DNA of 64,000 bases, from NCBI GenBank assembly GCA_041691815.1, contig JBEPTZ010000005.1, forward strand, positions 1,007 to 65,006, given 5' to 3'. The notes beneath the pieces are model-generated. The model saw only the letters and a program-made list of their open reading frames with translations, was not told the origin of the DNA and did not search any database. Shown here in pieces: positions 41,476 to 50,632 of the stretch. Numbering within the stretch: position 1 is the first letter of the stretch; each line of letters begins with the position of its first letter. The stretch comes from Rhodospirillales bacterium. GTDB taxonomy: Bacteria; Pseudomonadota; Alphaproteobacteria; Acetobacterales; Acetobacteraceae. Made by a program: the position numbers and the translations under genes.

Positions 41476-42300
41476 ATGCGGCGGAACACTGCGACGATGG
41501 ATGGCTCGATGGACGATCTGGCGGCCCTGCGGCTGCAACTGGAGTGGGGCGCCGATGAGGCGCTGGCCGCCGACCCGATCGATCGGCTGGCGGCTGCACC
41601 CGCTCGCCCGCCCGCCGCGCCACCCGTCGCGGTGCACTCGCGCCCGGCCGCGCCTCGCCCGCCCGCCGCATCGGGCGTCGTCCCGCCGGTCCAGCGGGCG
41701 CAGGCCGCCGCCGCGGCCGCCGGCACCATCGAGGAGCTGCGCGCCGCCGTGGCGGTGTTCGACGGCTGCCGGCTGAAGGACACCGCCACCAACCTGGTGT
41801 TCGCCGACGGCAATCCGCGGGCGGCCCTGATGCTGGTCGGCGAAGCGCCGGGCGCCGAGGAGGACCGCGCCGGGCTGCCCTTCGTCGGCCCATCCGGCCA
41901 GCTGCTCGACCGCATGCTGGCCAGCATCGGCATCACCCGCGAGACCTGCCTGATCACCAACGTCATCCCCTGGCGCCCTCCGGGCAACCGCAACCCGACC
42001 GACAGCGAGGTGCTGGCCTGCCTGCCGTTCCTGCTGCGCCATATCGCGCTGGTACGGCCGCGCCGGCTGGTGCTGCTCGGCAACTCACCCACCCAGGCGC
42101 TGACCGGAAGCAAGGCTGGTATTACCCGGGTGCGGGGCAAATGGGTGCAAATCGCCGTCCCAGGCCTCGATCAACCGGTCCCGGCGCTGCCGATGCTGCA
42201 CCCGGCCTACCTGCTGCGCGCGCCCGGCGCCAAGCGTCAGGCCTGGGCGGACCTGCTTCTGCTGCGCCGCACAATAGATCAGGATTTGTCAAGTTACTGA
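41476..42300 (+). CDS. uracil-DNA glycosylase, family 4-like
   Basis: [27 protein letters not shown] and HPAYLLR are family 4 UDG motifs. The N-terminal extension is Ala/Pro-rich. Confidence 0.8.
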   Translation: MRRNTATMDGSMDDLAALRLQLEWGADEALAADPIDRLAAAPARPPAAPPVAVHSRPAAPRPPAASGVVPPVQRAQAAAAAAGTIEELRAAVAVFDGCRLKDTATNLVFADGNPRAALMLVGEAPGAEEDRAGLPFVGPSGQLLDRMLASIGITRETCLITNVIPWRPPGNRNPTDSEVLACLPFLLRHIALVRPRRLVLLGNSPTQALTGSKAGITRVRGKWVQIAVPGLDQPVPALPMLHPAYLLRAPGAKRQAWADLLLLRRTIDQDLSSY

Positions 42301-42410
42301 TTGCAGATCGTCGGCCAAATCGCTGATCTACCGAACGCCATCTTAATATGTGAGAAATGTCTCACCGGTTTGGGTTGCGTCTCACCAAAGTGCCGTGTAC
42401 CGGTGCCGGC

Positions 42411-44321
42411 ATGCGAGGGATCGACGCAACGCGATCCCGCTTTCCCGCCGCCCGGGCGTTTCTTGCCGGGGTGGCGTTGCTGGCCGGTGCGACGGCCACG
42501 AAGGCATATGCCGAAACGAAAGCGGGACACCCCCAGGCTGGCACCGACGAGATCGCGATGGCGATACCGCGGGTATCGCCCTATGGCGCATCCGGCGTGG
42601 CCTTGCCGCAGCCATTGCCACCCAGCGAGGCCGCGCGCATCCGCCGGGTGTTCGCGTGGCAGGCGAAGGGCGACATCCCCGCCGCCGTTCGTGACAGCGA
42701 GGCGATCGACAGCACCACTCCACTGGGTGCCGCGATGCTTGGCGAGGTGCTGGCCGACCGTTATCTCAGCCGTTTCACCCGCCCGCAGGCGCCGGCGCTG
42801 AAGGCCTGGCTGGAACGCTGGTCGGAATTGCCGGAGGCGCGGGCGATTCATGCCCTGCTGCTGATCCGCCTGCCGCATGGCGAACAACCGCCGCCGCCGC
42901 CGCCGATGGTGGCGCTGCCGCACAAGCCGACCGCCGAAGATTCCGCCGCCGGCATCCCGGTGCCGGAGGAAAGCGAGCCCGCCGGCCGCGACCTGGCGCG
43001 CAATGCCGCCACCGACCGCATCGTGCTTGCCGCCGCCCGCGAAAAGCCGGAGACCGCCGCGGGCCGGGTGATCGCCCACACCAGGGGCCTGCCGCCCACC
43101 TATGCCGCGCAACTGCGTGGCGAGGCGGCGCGGATCCTGTTCACCCTGAACCAGGACAAGGAAGCGCATCGCCTGGGCGCCGCCGGCGTGCATGCCTGCA
43201 AGGGTGCCGCAGCAGACTGCCAGGAAGCCGCCCTTCCGGCCTACATCTCCGGTCTGGCCGCCTGGCGGATGGGCAAGCCGGCCGCAGCGCGCCCGATGTT
43301 CGCCGCCGCCTGGCGGGCCGAATACACCACCTCCGCGCTGCGTGCCGGCGCCGCCTTCTGGGCCGCGCGCAGCCATCTGGCACTGGGTGACATCGCCGGC
43401 TATGTCCGCTGGATGCACCGCGCCGGGCAGGAGAAAACCACCTTCTACGGCATGATCGCGCGGCGCACCGAGGGCCTCTCGGTCGGCCTCAGTCGCGGCT
43501 CGCGCGAGACGCTGGGCGAGGCCGATCTCGAAGCCGTCGAGGCCACCACCCTCGGCAAGCTGGCCTTCGCGCTGCTGCAGGTCGGCCAGCGCGACCGCGC
43601 CGAGGCGGCGCTGCGCATGCTCTGGCCGCAAGCCCAGGCACACCCGGCGCTGGGCCGCGCCATCATGCTGGTGGCCGAACGCGCCGGCATGCCCAACCTC
43701 GCCGCCCAACTGGCCGACCTGGTGCAGACCGCCGACGGCATGCCGCGCGACGCGGTGCGCTTCGCCGTGCCGCGCCTGCGGCCTGCTGGCGGCTTCAGCG
43801 TCGATCCGGCGCTGATCTACGCGTTGGCGCGCACCGAATCGAATTTCGACCCCACCCTGGTCTCGCCAGCCGGCGCCCGCGGGCTGATGCAGATCATGCC
43901 AGCTACCGCCCGCTTCATCGCCCGCGACCAGGAAACCGGCGCCGCCCGCATCCAGCTGCACGACCCCGCCGTGAACCTCGATCTTGGCCAGCGCTACGTC
44001 GCCTATCTGGCCGCGCACGACGTGGTGGACGGCAGCCTGATCCGCCTGCTGGCCAGCTACAACTCCGGCCCCGGCAATTTCGGCCGCTGGGGCCCTGCGG
44101 TGCGCGACCTCGGCGACCCGCTGCTGTTCATCGAGGCGGTGCCGATCGACGAGACCCGCGCCTTCATCCCGCGCGTGCTCGCCTACACCTGGATCTACGC
44201 CGCCCGGCTGCGGCTGCCGACACCGGGCCTGGACGAACTCGCCGCCGGCGCCTGGCCGCGCTATCATCCGCTGCAGACGATGCAGCAGCCGCCCGCCGGG
44301 GTTCAGGCTGCCCTGCATTAG
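42411..44321 (+). CDS. lytic murein transglycosylase (Slt70-like)
   Basis: SLT catalytic segment ALARTESNFDPTLVSPAGARGLMQIMPATA. I chose an internal start that gives a signal peptide (MRGIDATRSRFPAARAFLAGVALLAGATATKAYA). Confidence 0.8.
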   Translation: MRGIDATRSRFPAARAFLAGVALLAGATATKAYAETKAGHPQAGTDEIAMAIPRVSPYGASGVALPQPLPPSEAARIRRVFAWQAKGDIPAAVRDSEAIDSTTPLGAAMLGEVLADRYLSRFTRPQAPALKAWLERWSELPEARAIHALLLIRLPHGEQPPPPPPMVALPHKPTAEDSAAGIPVPEESEPAGRDLARNAATDRIVLAAAREKPETAAGRVIAHTRGLPPTYAAQLRGEAARILFTLNQDKEAHRLGAAGVHACKGAAADCQEAALPAYISGLAAWRMGKPAAARPMFAAAWRAEYTTSALRAGAAFWAARSHLALGDIAGYVRWMHRAGQEKTTFYGMIARRTEGLSVGLSRGSRETLGEADLEAVEATTLGKLAFALLQVGQRDRAEAALRMLWPQAQAHPALGRAIMLVAERAGMPNLAAQLADLVQTADGMPRDAVRFAVPRLRPAGGFSVDPALIYALARTESNFDPTLVSPAGARGLMQIMPATARFIARDQETGAARIQLHDPAVNLDLGQRYVAYLAAHDVVDGSLIRLLASYNSGPGNFGRWGPAVRDLGDPLLFIEAVPIDETRAFIPRVLAYTWIYAARLRLPTPGLDELAAGAWPRYHPLQTMQQPPAGVQAALH

Positions 44322-44391
44322 GAGCGTGATGACCGGAGGTGGCATCACACGCAGGTCTGAATCACGCGACCACACTCTCCAGGAGCAGCCC

Positions 44392-44937
44392 ATGGCCCGC
44401 CTCGACCCGCAGCGCCCGTTCATCGCCGTCAACATCGCCGTGCTGACGGTCTCCGACACCCGCACCACCGCCAACGACACCTCCGGCGACACGCTGGCCG
44501 CCCGCATCCAGGCCGCCGGCCACACCGTGGCGACGCGAGCGATCGAAAAAGACGACGCCGATCTGGTCGAGGTGCTGCTGCGCCGCTGGATCGCCGACCC
44601 CGCGATCGACGTGGTGATCACCACCGGCGGCACCGGCATCACCGGGCGGGACGTAACGCCGGAAGCCTTCGACCGCGTGCTGGAAAAGCGCATCGAGGGC
44701 TTCGGCGAACTGTTCCGCATGCTCAGCTACCAGAAGATCGCCACCAGCACGATGCAGTCCCGCGCCCTCGGCGGCGTGGCGCACGGCACCTATCTGTTCG
44801 CGCTGCCCGGCAGCACCGGTGCGGTGAAGGACGCCTGGGACGACATCCTGGTGTGGCAACTGGATAATCGCCACCGCCCCTGTAATCTGGTGGAACTGAT
44901 GCCGCGCCTGCAGGAACACCTGACCGCCGCCCGATAA
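44392..44937 (+). CDS. moaB: molybdenum cofactor biosynthesis protein B
   Basis: IAVLTVSDTR ... VVITTGGTGITGRDVTPEA ... LPGSTGAV is the MoaB/MogA fold pattern. Confidence 0.8.
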   Translation: MARLDPQRPFIAVNIAVLTVSDTRTTANDTSGDTLAARIQAAGHTVATRAIEKDDADLVEVLLRRWIADPAIDVVITTGGTGITGRDVTPEAFDRVLEKRIEGFGELFRMLSYQKIATSTMQSRALGGVAHGTYLFALPGSTGAVKDAWDDILVWQLDNRHRPCNLVELMPRLQEHLTAAR

Positions 44938-44953
44938 GCGAGGAAACCGCCGA

Positions 44954-45331
44954 ATGCCACCGATCAACCAGAGCGTCATCTGGGTCTACGCCAACGACCT
45001 CGACGCCACCTGCGATTTCTACGCGGGCAAGCTCGGCCTCACCCAGGTGCTGGACCAGGGCCAGTGCCGCATCTTCCAGATGGGGCCAACCGGCTTCCTC
45101 GGCGTCTGCCGCGTCCGGCCCGGCCGCGAGATGGAACCCAAAGGCGTGGTCATCACCTTCGTCACCGACGACGTCGACGGCTGGCACGCGCATCTGCTGG
45201 CCAATGGCGTCACGCCGGAGGGCCCGCCGAGGCACAGCGAGGCGTTCAACGTCTACGCCTTCTTCGTGCTCGACCCCAACGGCTACCGCCTCGAATTTCA
45301 GAACTTCCGTGATCCCAGTTGGAAACGATAG
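44954..45331 (+). CDS. VOC (glyoxalase/bleomycin-resistance) family protein
   Basis: 125-aa ORF. The terminal FFVLDPNGYRLEF is typical of the VOC fold. Confidence 0.7.
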   Translation: MPPINQSVIWVYANDLDATCDFYAGKLGLTQVLDQGQCRIFQMGPTGFLGVCRVRPGREMEPKGVVITFVTDDVDGWHAHLLANGVTPEGPPRHSEAFNVYAFFVLDPNGYRLEFQNFRDPSWKR

Positions 45332-45337
45332 CCGCCG

Positions 45338-46879
45338 ATGACCTTCTCCCGCCTCGACCAGACACTCGACACGATGCCCGAGCGCTACGCCGGCCCCGGC
45401 GGCGCAGTGGCAGTGCTGCGTGACGGCCAGGTGCTGGCCCAGCGCGCCTGGGGCTGGGCCGATCCGCAGGCCCGCATCCCGTTCACCGCGCAGACCCTGT
45501 CGCTGGTCTGCTCGATCACCAAGCAGTTCACCTGTGCGCTTCTGCTTGATCAGTTCCCCGACCCCACGGTGCTCGATGTGGATGTCTGCCGCCTCCTGCC
45601 GCTGCTCGGCGGGGCCGCGCCGCGCACGCTCGACCTCTGCCACAACCAGTCCGGCATGCGCGACTACTGGGCGATGGCGATGCTGTGCGGCGCACCGGTG
45701 GAAGGGATGTTCCGGGGGTCCGACGCCGACCACCTGATCGCCGGCATCGCCTCGCTGCACTTCGCGCCCGGCACCAGCTACTCCTACGTCAACCAGAATT
45801 TCCGCATCCTGTCCGAGATCATCCAGAGCCGCACCGGCGAGGATTTCGCGGCATTGCTGCGCGCCCGCATCCTCGACCCCGCCGGCATGCCGCACGCCCG
45901 GCTGAACCCCGACACCAGCCAGGTGCATGGCGGCACAGTCGGCCACGAGGGCACCGTGGCCGACGGCTTCCGCCCCGCCGTCAACCGCATCCACTGGACC
46001 GGCGATGCCGGCCTGGCCGCCAGCCTGGACGACATGATCGCCTGGGAAAAGGCCATCGACGCAGTGCGCGACGACCCCGACGCCCGCTATAATCGCCAGG
46101 CTGCACCGCAAACCTTCCGCAACGGCGCCGTCGCCCCGTACGGTTTCGGCCTCGGCCACTCACCAATCCTCGGCCACGCCGCCAGCAGCCATGGCGGCGG
46201 CCTGCGCGGCTGGCGCAGCTTCCGCTTCCGGGTGCCCGCCGAGCGCGTCTCGGTGGTGGTGCTGTTCAACCACATGGCCGACGCCCGCGCCGCCGGCATC
46301 GAGCTGTTCGCCGCCCTGCTCGACCTGCCGACCCCGCCCACCCCGCCGGCACCGGGCGCCGGCTGGGCCGGCCGCTACCTGGAACCGCAAACCGGGCTGG
46401 CGGTGCGGCTCGAACCGGCCGGCGCGCAGATGCGGCTGCACTACGCCACCAACCCCGATCTGCTGACCCAAACGGCGGAAGGCGAGCTTGCCCTCGGCGG
46501 CACCAAACTGCGCAAGACGGAAGACGGGCTCTGGATGGATCGCGGCGGCGAAAACCAATCCAGCCGCCTGCTGCCGGTCCAGCGCACCCCGGCACCGGAC
46601 ATCGAAGGCGCCTACCATTCCGCCGAACTCGACGCCACGCTCGACATCGTTGCCGCCGGCGGCGTGCTCTACGGCGCGTTCCGCGGCTTCCTCGGGCGCG
46701 GCGAGATGCACCAGTTGATCCCCTTCGCCGAGGATATCTGGCTGCTGCCCTGCCCGCGCGCGCTGGATTTCGGCGCCCCCGGCGACTGGACGCTGCGCGT
46801 CGAACGCGGCGCCGGCGGCCCAATCGGCCTGCGTATCGGCTGCTGGCTGGCGCGCGACGTGGCGTTCATCCGAAGCTGA
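45338..46879 (+). CDS. dap: D-aminopeptidase (peptidase S12, beta-lactamase fold plus C-terminal domains)
   Basis: Strong end-to-end resemblance to Ochrobactrum D-aminopeptidase as I remember it: GPGGAVAVLRDG, SxxK as SITK, LDLCHNQSGMRDYWA, VNRIHWTGDAG, SLDDMIAWE and IGCWLARDV. Confidence 0.85.
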   Translation: MTFSRLDQTLDTMPERYAGPGGAVAVLRDGQVLAQRAWGWADPQARIPFTAQTLSLVCSITKQFTCALLLDQFPDPTVLDVDVCRLLPLLGGAAPRTLDLCHNQSGMRDYWAMAMLCGAPVEGMFRGSDADHLIAGIASLHFAPGTSYSYVNQNFRILSEIIQSRTGEDFAALLRARILDPAGMPHARLNPDTSQVHGGTVGHEGTVADGFRPAVNRIHWTGDAGLAASLDDMIAWEKAIDAVRDDPDARYNRQAAPQTFRNGAVAPYGFGLGHSPILGHAASSHGGGLRGWRSFRFRVPAERVSVVVLFNHMADARAAGIELFAALLDLPTPPTPPAPGAGWAGRYLEPQTGLAVRLEPAGAQMRLHYATNPDLLTQTAEGELALGGTKLRKTEDGLWMDRGGENQSSRLLPVQRTPAPDIEGAYHSAELDATLDIVAAGGVLYGAFRGFLGRGEMHQLIPFAEDIWLLPCPRALDFGAPGDWTLRVERGAGGPIGLRIGCWLARDVAFIRS

Positions 46880-46884
46880 CCGCG

Positions 46885-48006
46885 ATGGCCCCACGCTTCA
46901 CCGTCACCTATCACGTCCGCAGCGAAGCCTCGGCCATCACCGCCCGCGCCGCCGAGATCGCGGTGGAGCAGAGCGTGGAAATGCCAATCCCCGCGATCTA
47001 TACTGCGGAAATTCTTCGCGATATCGTCGGCGAGGTGGCCGATATCACCGATCTCGGCGCCGACCGGTTCGCGGTCAGGATCGCCCTGGCCTGCGCCACC
47101 GCCGGCGCCGATGCCGGCCAGTTGCTCAACATGCTGTTCGGCAACACCTCGCTGCACGACGACGTGGTTCTCGTAGATACCGAATTCCCGCCGGCGATCC
47201 TGGCCGCCCATCGCGGCCCCGATTTCGGCCTGGACGGCCTGCGTGACCGCGGCAATATCGGCAGGCGGGCGCTCACCTGCTCGGCGATCAAGCCGCAGGG
47301 CCTGCCCCCGACGCAACTGGCGGCCCTGGTGCAGCGCTTTGCCCTCGGCGGGCTGGACTTCGTGAAAGACGACCACGGCCTCGCCGACCAGCCGTACTCT
47401 CCGTTCGCCGCCCGCGTCGCTGCCTGCGCCGCCGCCGCCCGCGCCGCTTCCGCCACCACCGGCCGCACCACCCGCTACGTGCCCAGCGTCACCGGCACCC
47501 AGGACGCCATGCGCCAACAGATTCGCCGCGCCCGCGATGAAGGCGTGGACACCGTGATGCTGGCGCCGATGATCGCCGGCGTCGCCAACATGGCAGCCCT
47601 GACCCAGGAATTCCCCGACATCGCCTTCTTCGCCCACCCCAGCCTGGCCGGCGCCGCCCGCATCGCGCCGCCCTTGCTGATCGGCAAATTGTTCCGGCTG
47701 CTCGGCGCCGACGCGGTGATCTTCCCCAACCACGGCGGCCGCTTCGGCTACACGCAAGCCACCTGCCGCGCCCTGGCCGAAACGGCACTCGGCCCCCTGG
47801 CCAACACCCGTCCAGCCGTGCCGGTGCCGGCTGGCGGCATGAGCCTGGCGCGGGTGCCGGAGATGCTCGATTTCTACGGCCCCGATGTCATGTTGCTGCT
47901 CGGCGGCGGCCTGCTGGCGGCGCATCACCACCTGACCGCAGCTACCGCCGAGTTCACCGCCGCCGTCGCCGGTCATGTGTATAAGGAAAGGGTTCCTTTT
48001 TTTTGA
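46885..48006 (+). CDS. RuBisCO-like protein (form IV RuBisCO large-subunit family)
   Basis: 373-aa ORF with AIKPQG (canonical IKPKLG) and GGLDFVKDDH (canonical KDDE), plus FFAHPSLAG and LLLGGG segments. The last 8 codons and the stop lie inside repeat 47983-48126. Confidence 0.85.
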   Translation: MAPRFTVTYHVRSEASAITARAAEIAVEQSVEMPIPAIYTAEILRDIVGEVADITDLGADRFAVRIALACATAGADAGQLLNMLFGNTSLHDDVVLVDTEFPPAILAAHRGPDFGLDGLRDRGNIGRRALTCSAIKPQGLPPTQLAALVQRFALGGLDFVKDDHGLADQPYSPFAARVAACAAAARAASATTGRTTRYVPSVTGTQDAMRQQIRRARDEGVDTVMLAPMIAGVANMAALTQEFPDIAFFAHPSLAGAARIAPPLLIGKLFRLLGADAVIFPNHGGRFGYTQATCRALAETALGPLANTRPAVPVPAGGMSLARVPEMLDFYGPDVMLLLGGGLLAAHHHLTAATAEFTAAVAGHVYKERVPFF

Positions 48007-48126
48007 AAAAAAGAACCAAAAAGCTTCGTCCGCCTTGCAACCGCGGAGATGCGGAGATTGCGTACACTCCAATGGATGGAAAGTTTTTTTGCTTCTTTTT
48101 GTTCACAAAAAGAAGACCTTTCCTTC
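47983..48126. repeat. AT-rich nested-hairpin palindromic element, full copy
   Basis: Termini are AAGGAAAGG / CCTTTCCTT. Hairpins lie at 47991-48017 and 48092-48115. The exact 35-nt core is at 48081-48115. The centre is homologous to 9512-9657 (TGGAGTGTACG.AATCTCCGC ... TGCAAGGCGGA). Confidence 0.8.
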
Positions 48127-48164
48127 CCTGCCCCTGACCAACCCGCCCCTGAGGACACCCCGCC

Positions 48165-48623
48165 ATGGACCACCCCCAACTCCGCGCCGCCAAGGACGAT
48201 TTCCAGTGGCAGGATGTCGAGCGCATGCCGTACAAGGAGGACGGCGAGGCCCCGTTCCGCGCCATCACCCGCCAGGTGCTGTTCGACGAGCAAGCCCTGG
48301 CCTGCCAGCTGCGGTATTTCGAGATGGCGCCCGGCGGCTACTCCACATTAGAGCGTCACGAGCACATGCACGCGGTGATGATCCTGCGCGGGCACGGCCA
48401 GTGCCTGCTCGGCGAGACGGTGCGCGATATGGCGCCGCACGACCTGGTGACCATCCCGGCCTGGGCCTGGCACCAGTTCCGCGCCAATGCCGGCGAGCCG
48501 ATGGGCTTCCTGTGCATGGTCAACCAGCAGCGCGACAAGCCGCAACTGCCCGACCCGCAGCAGCGGGCGGCGCTGGCCGCCAACCCGGCGGTGGCGGCGT
48601 TCCTCGGCGGCGCCTCGCGCTGA
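48165..48623 (+). CDS. cupin domain protein
   Basis: Cupin motifs are present (GGYSTLERHEHMHAVMILRGHG ... DLVTIPAWAWHQF). 152 aa. Confidence 0.7.
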   Translation: MDHPQLRAAKDDFQWQDVERMPYKEDGEAPFRAITRQVLFDEQALACQLRYFEMAPGGYSTLERHEHMHAVMILRGHGQCLLGETVRDMAPHDLVTIPAWAWHQFRANAGEPMGFLCMVNQQRDKPQLPDPQQRAALAANPAVAAFLGGASR

Positions 48624-48712
48624 GGCACGCCGCCGCGCCAATCCCCCGTTAACCAATTCGCGCAAAAATGATCCTGCGCCACGAAAACTGAGCGCACGCC
48701 CAAAATCGGCAC

Positions 48713-50584
48713 ATGGCTGTTTCGCGGCACGCCCCACGGCGCCGCGTTGCCCTGGATGCGCGCATGTCCGCCGGCTCTCTGCTGCTGCCCCGCTCGCTGT
48801 TTGGCGATAACAACCCCGAATGGCTGTTCGACATCGCCGGCGCGCAGGTTCCGCTCGCCATGCTGGCCTCGGCCGCCGCGCCGCCGCCGCCGAGCTTCCT
48901 GCCGCCGCCGCCGATCGTGATGCCCCCGGTGGTCATCGCCCAGGCCGCGCCGACCGCCGCCGCCGTCATGCCCGATCCGAGCAGCCTCGCCGCCGCCGAC
49001 CAGGCGCTGCGCGGCACGGTGGCGCGCGCGACGTCCGGTGCCACCGGCGCCGGCGTGGTGATCGGCATCCTGTCCGACAGCTTCAACGCCACCGGCGGCT
49101 ATGCCGGCGACGTGGCGCACGGCCTGCTCAACCCAGGCGCCACCGTGTTGAAGGAAGGCCCCGCCGGCAGCAGCGACGAGGGCCGCGCGATGGCCGAACT
49201 GATCCACCAGATCGCGCCCGACGCGCAGATCGTGTTCTACTCCGGCTTCGGCGGCCAGGCCGACTTCGCCCACGGCATCAGCGCCCTGGCCGCCGCCGGC
49301 GCCAGCATCATCGTCGACGACGTGACCTACCTCAACGAGCCGTTCTACCAGGACGGCGGGGCGATCCAGGCGGCGGTAGAGCAGGTGGTGGCCTCCGGCG
49401 TGTCCTACTTCACCTCGGCCAGCAACCAGGGCAGCAATTTCTTCGAGAGCGCCTTCACCCCGCTCACCACCGCACTGCCCGGGCTGTCCGGCGGCTTCCT
49501 CGCGGCGAATTTCGGCACCGCCGCGGCCGCCACCCCCTACATCAACCTCACCATCGCCCGCGGCGCCACCGCGACCGTCGACCTGCAATGGGACGCGCCG
49601 TTCGCCAGCATCGGCGCCAGCGCCGGTGCCGCCACCAGCCTCGGCATGGTGCTGTACGACGCCACCGGCCGCATCGTCGCCTATGCGCTGCGCAGCGAGA
49701 TCGGCGGCGACCCGGTGCAGTTGCTGCAGTTCACCAACAATTCCGCCTCCACCAGCTTCCGCATGGCGGTGATCACCGATGGCGGCCAGGGGGTGCCGGG
49801 CCAGTTCAAGTTCATCGCCTACGGCCAGGGCACCAGCATCGCCGACCCGCGCGCCGGCCTCGGCTCGGGCAGCATCATCGGCCACGAGATGGTGCCGGAA
49901 GCCAACATCGTCGGCGCCATCGCCTACAGCCAGACCAAGGCATTCGGCGGCAGCGGCAGCGTCGAAGGCTTCTCCTCGCGCGGCCCCGGCAGCTTCCTGT
50001 TCGATGCCCAGGGCAACCGGCTGGACACCCCGCTGTCCAGCACCGGGGTCGACTACGTGGCGCCCGACGGCTCGGCGACCAGCGTGTTCAACCCGTTCTA
50101 CGGCACGTCCGCCGCGGCCCCGAACGCCGCCGCGGTGGCCGCCCTGATGCTGCAGGCAAGCCCGAGCCTCACGCCGGCCCAGGTCTCCGCCATTCTGGCC
50201 AGTTCCGCCATCACCGCCCACGGCCCGGCCGGCAGCACCGGCGCCGGGCTGATCCAGGCCACCGCTGCGGTCAAGGCGGCCATCGCCATGGCCGGGCCGG
50301 CCGGGAAGTCACACAGCTTCTCCATTGCGGCGTCGGCGCCCACCCCGCCCGGCACCGCGCTGACCAGTGCGGCAATCCGCAACGCCGCCGCCACCATCAC
50401 CGCCGCATACCAGGCGGTGCCGAACACCGCTGCCGACTACACCGCCACCCCCGACCTGGCTTCCGGCCTGGTGCTGGCCGACAGCGACAGCCTTGGCGGC
50501 ACCTCGTTCGGCGACCTGGCGCTGCTGCATCTGGTGGACACCACGCCCGGCAGCCTGTTCGACCCGGTGCACATTCTGGCGTAA
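48713..50584 (+). CDS. S8 (subtilisin-like) serine peptidase family protein
   Basis: Asp region GVVIGILSDSF, His region EGRAMAELIHQIAP and Ser region FYGTSAAAPNAAAVAALM. The start is uncertain (alternative at 48764). No obvious signal peptide. Confidence 0.6.
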   Translation: MAVSRHAPRRRVALDARMSAGSLLLPRSLFGDNNPEWLFDIAGAQVPLAMLASAAAPPPPSFLPPPPIVMPPVVIAQAAPTAAAVMPDPSSLAAADQALRGTVARATSGATGAGVVIGILSDSFNATGGYAGDVAHGLLNPGATVLKEGPAGSSDEGRAMAELIHQIAPDAQIVFYSGFGGQADFAHGISALAAAGASIIVDDVTYLNEPFYQDGGAIQAAVEQVVASGVSYFTSASNQGSNFFESAFTPLTTALPGLSGGFLAANFGTAAAATPYINLTIARGATATVDLQWDAPFASIGASAGAATSLGMVLYDATGRIVAYALRSEIGGDPVQLLQFTNNSASTSFRMAVITDGGQGVPGQFKFIAYGQGTSIADPRAGLGSGSIIGHEMVPEANIVGAIAYSQTKAFGGSGSVEGFSSRGPGSFLFDAQGNRLDTPLSSTGVDYVAPDGSATSVFNPFYGTSAAAPNAAAVAALMLQASPSLTPAQVSAILASSAITAHGPAGSTGAGLIQATAAVKAAIAMAGPAGKSHSFSIAASAPTPPGTALTSAAIRNAAATITAAYQAVPNTAADYTATPDLASGLVLADSDSLGGTSFGDLALLHLVDTTPGSLFDPVHILA

Positions 50585-50632
50585 CCGGCCGGAACGCGGC
50601 AAACTGGCCGCCGGACAGACCGGAGGCCCAAG

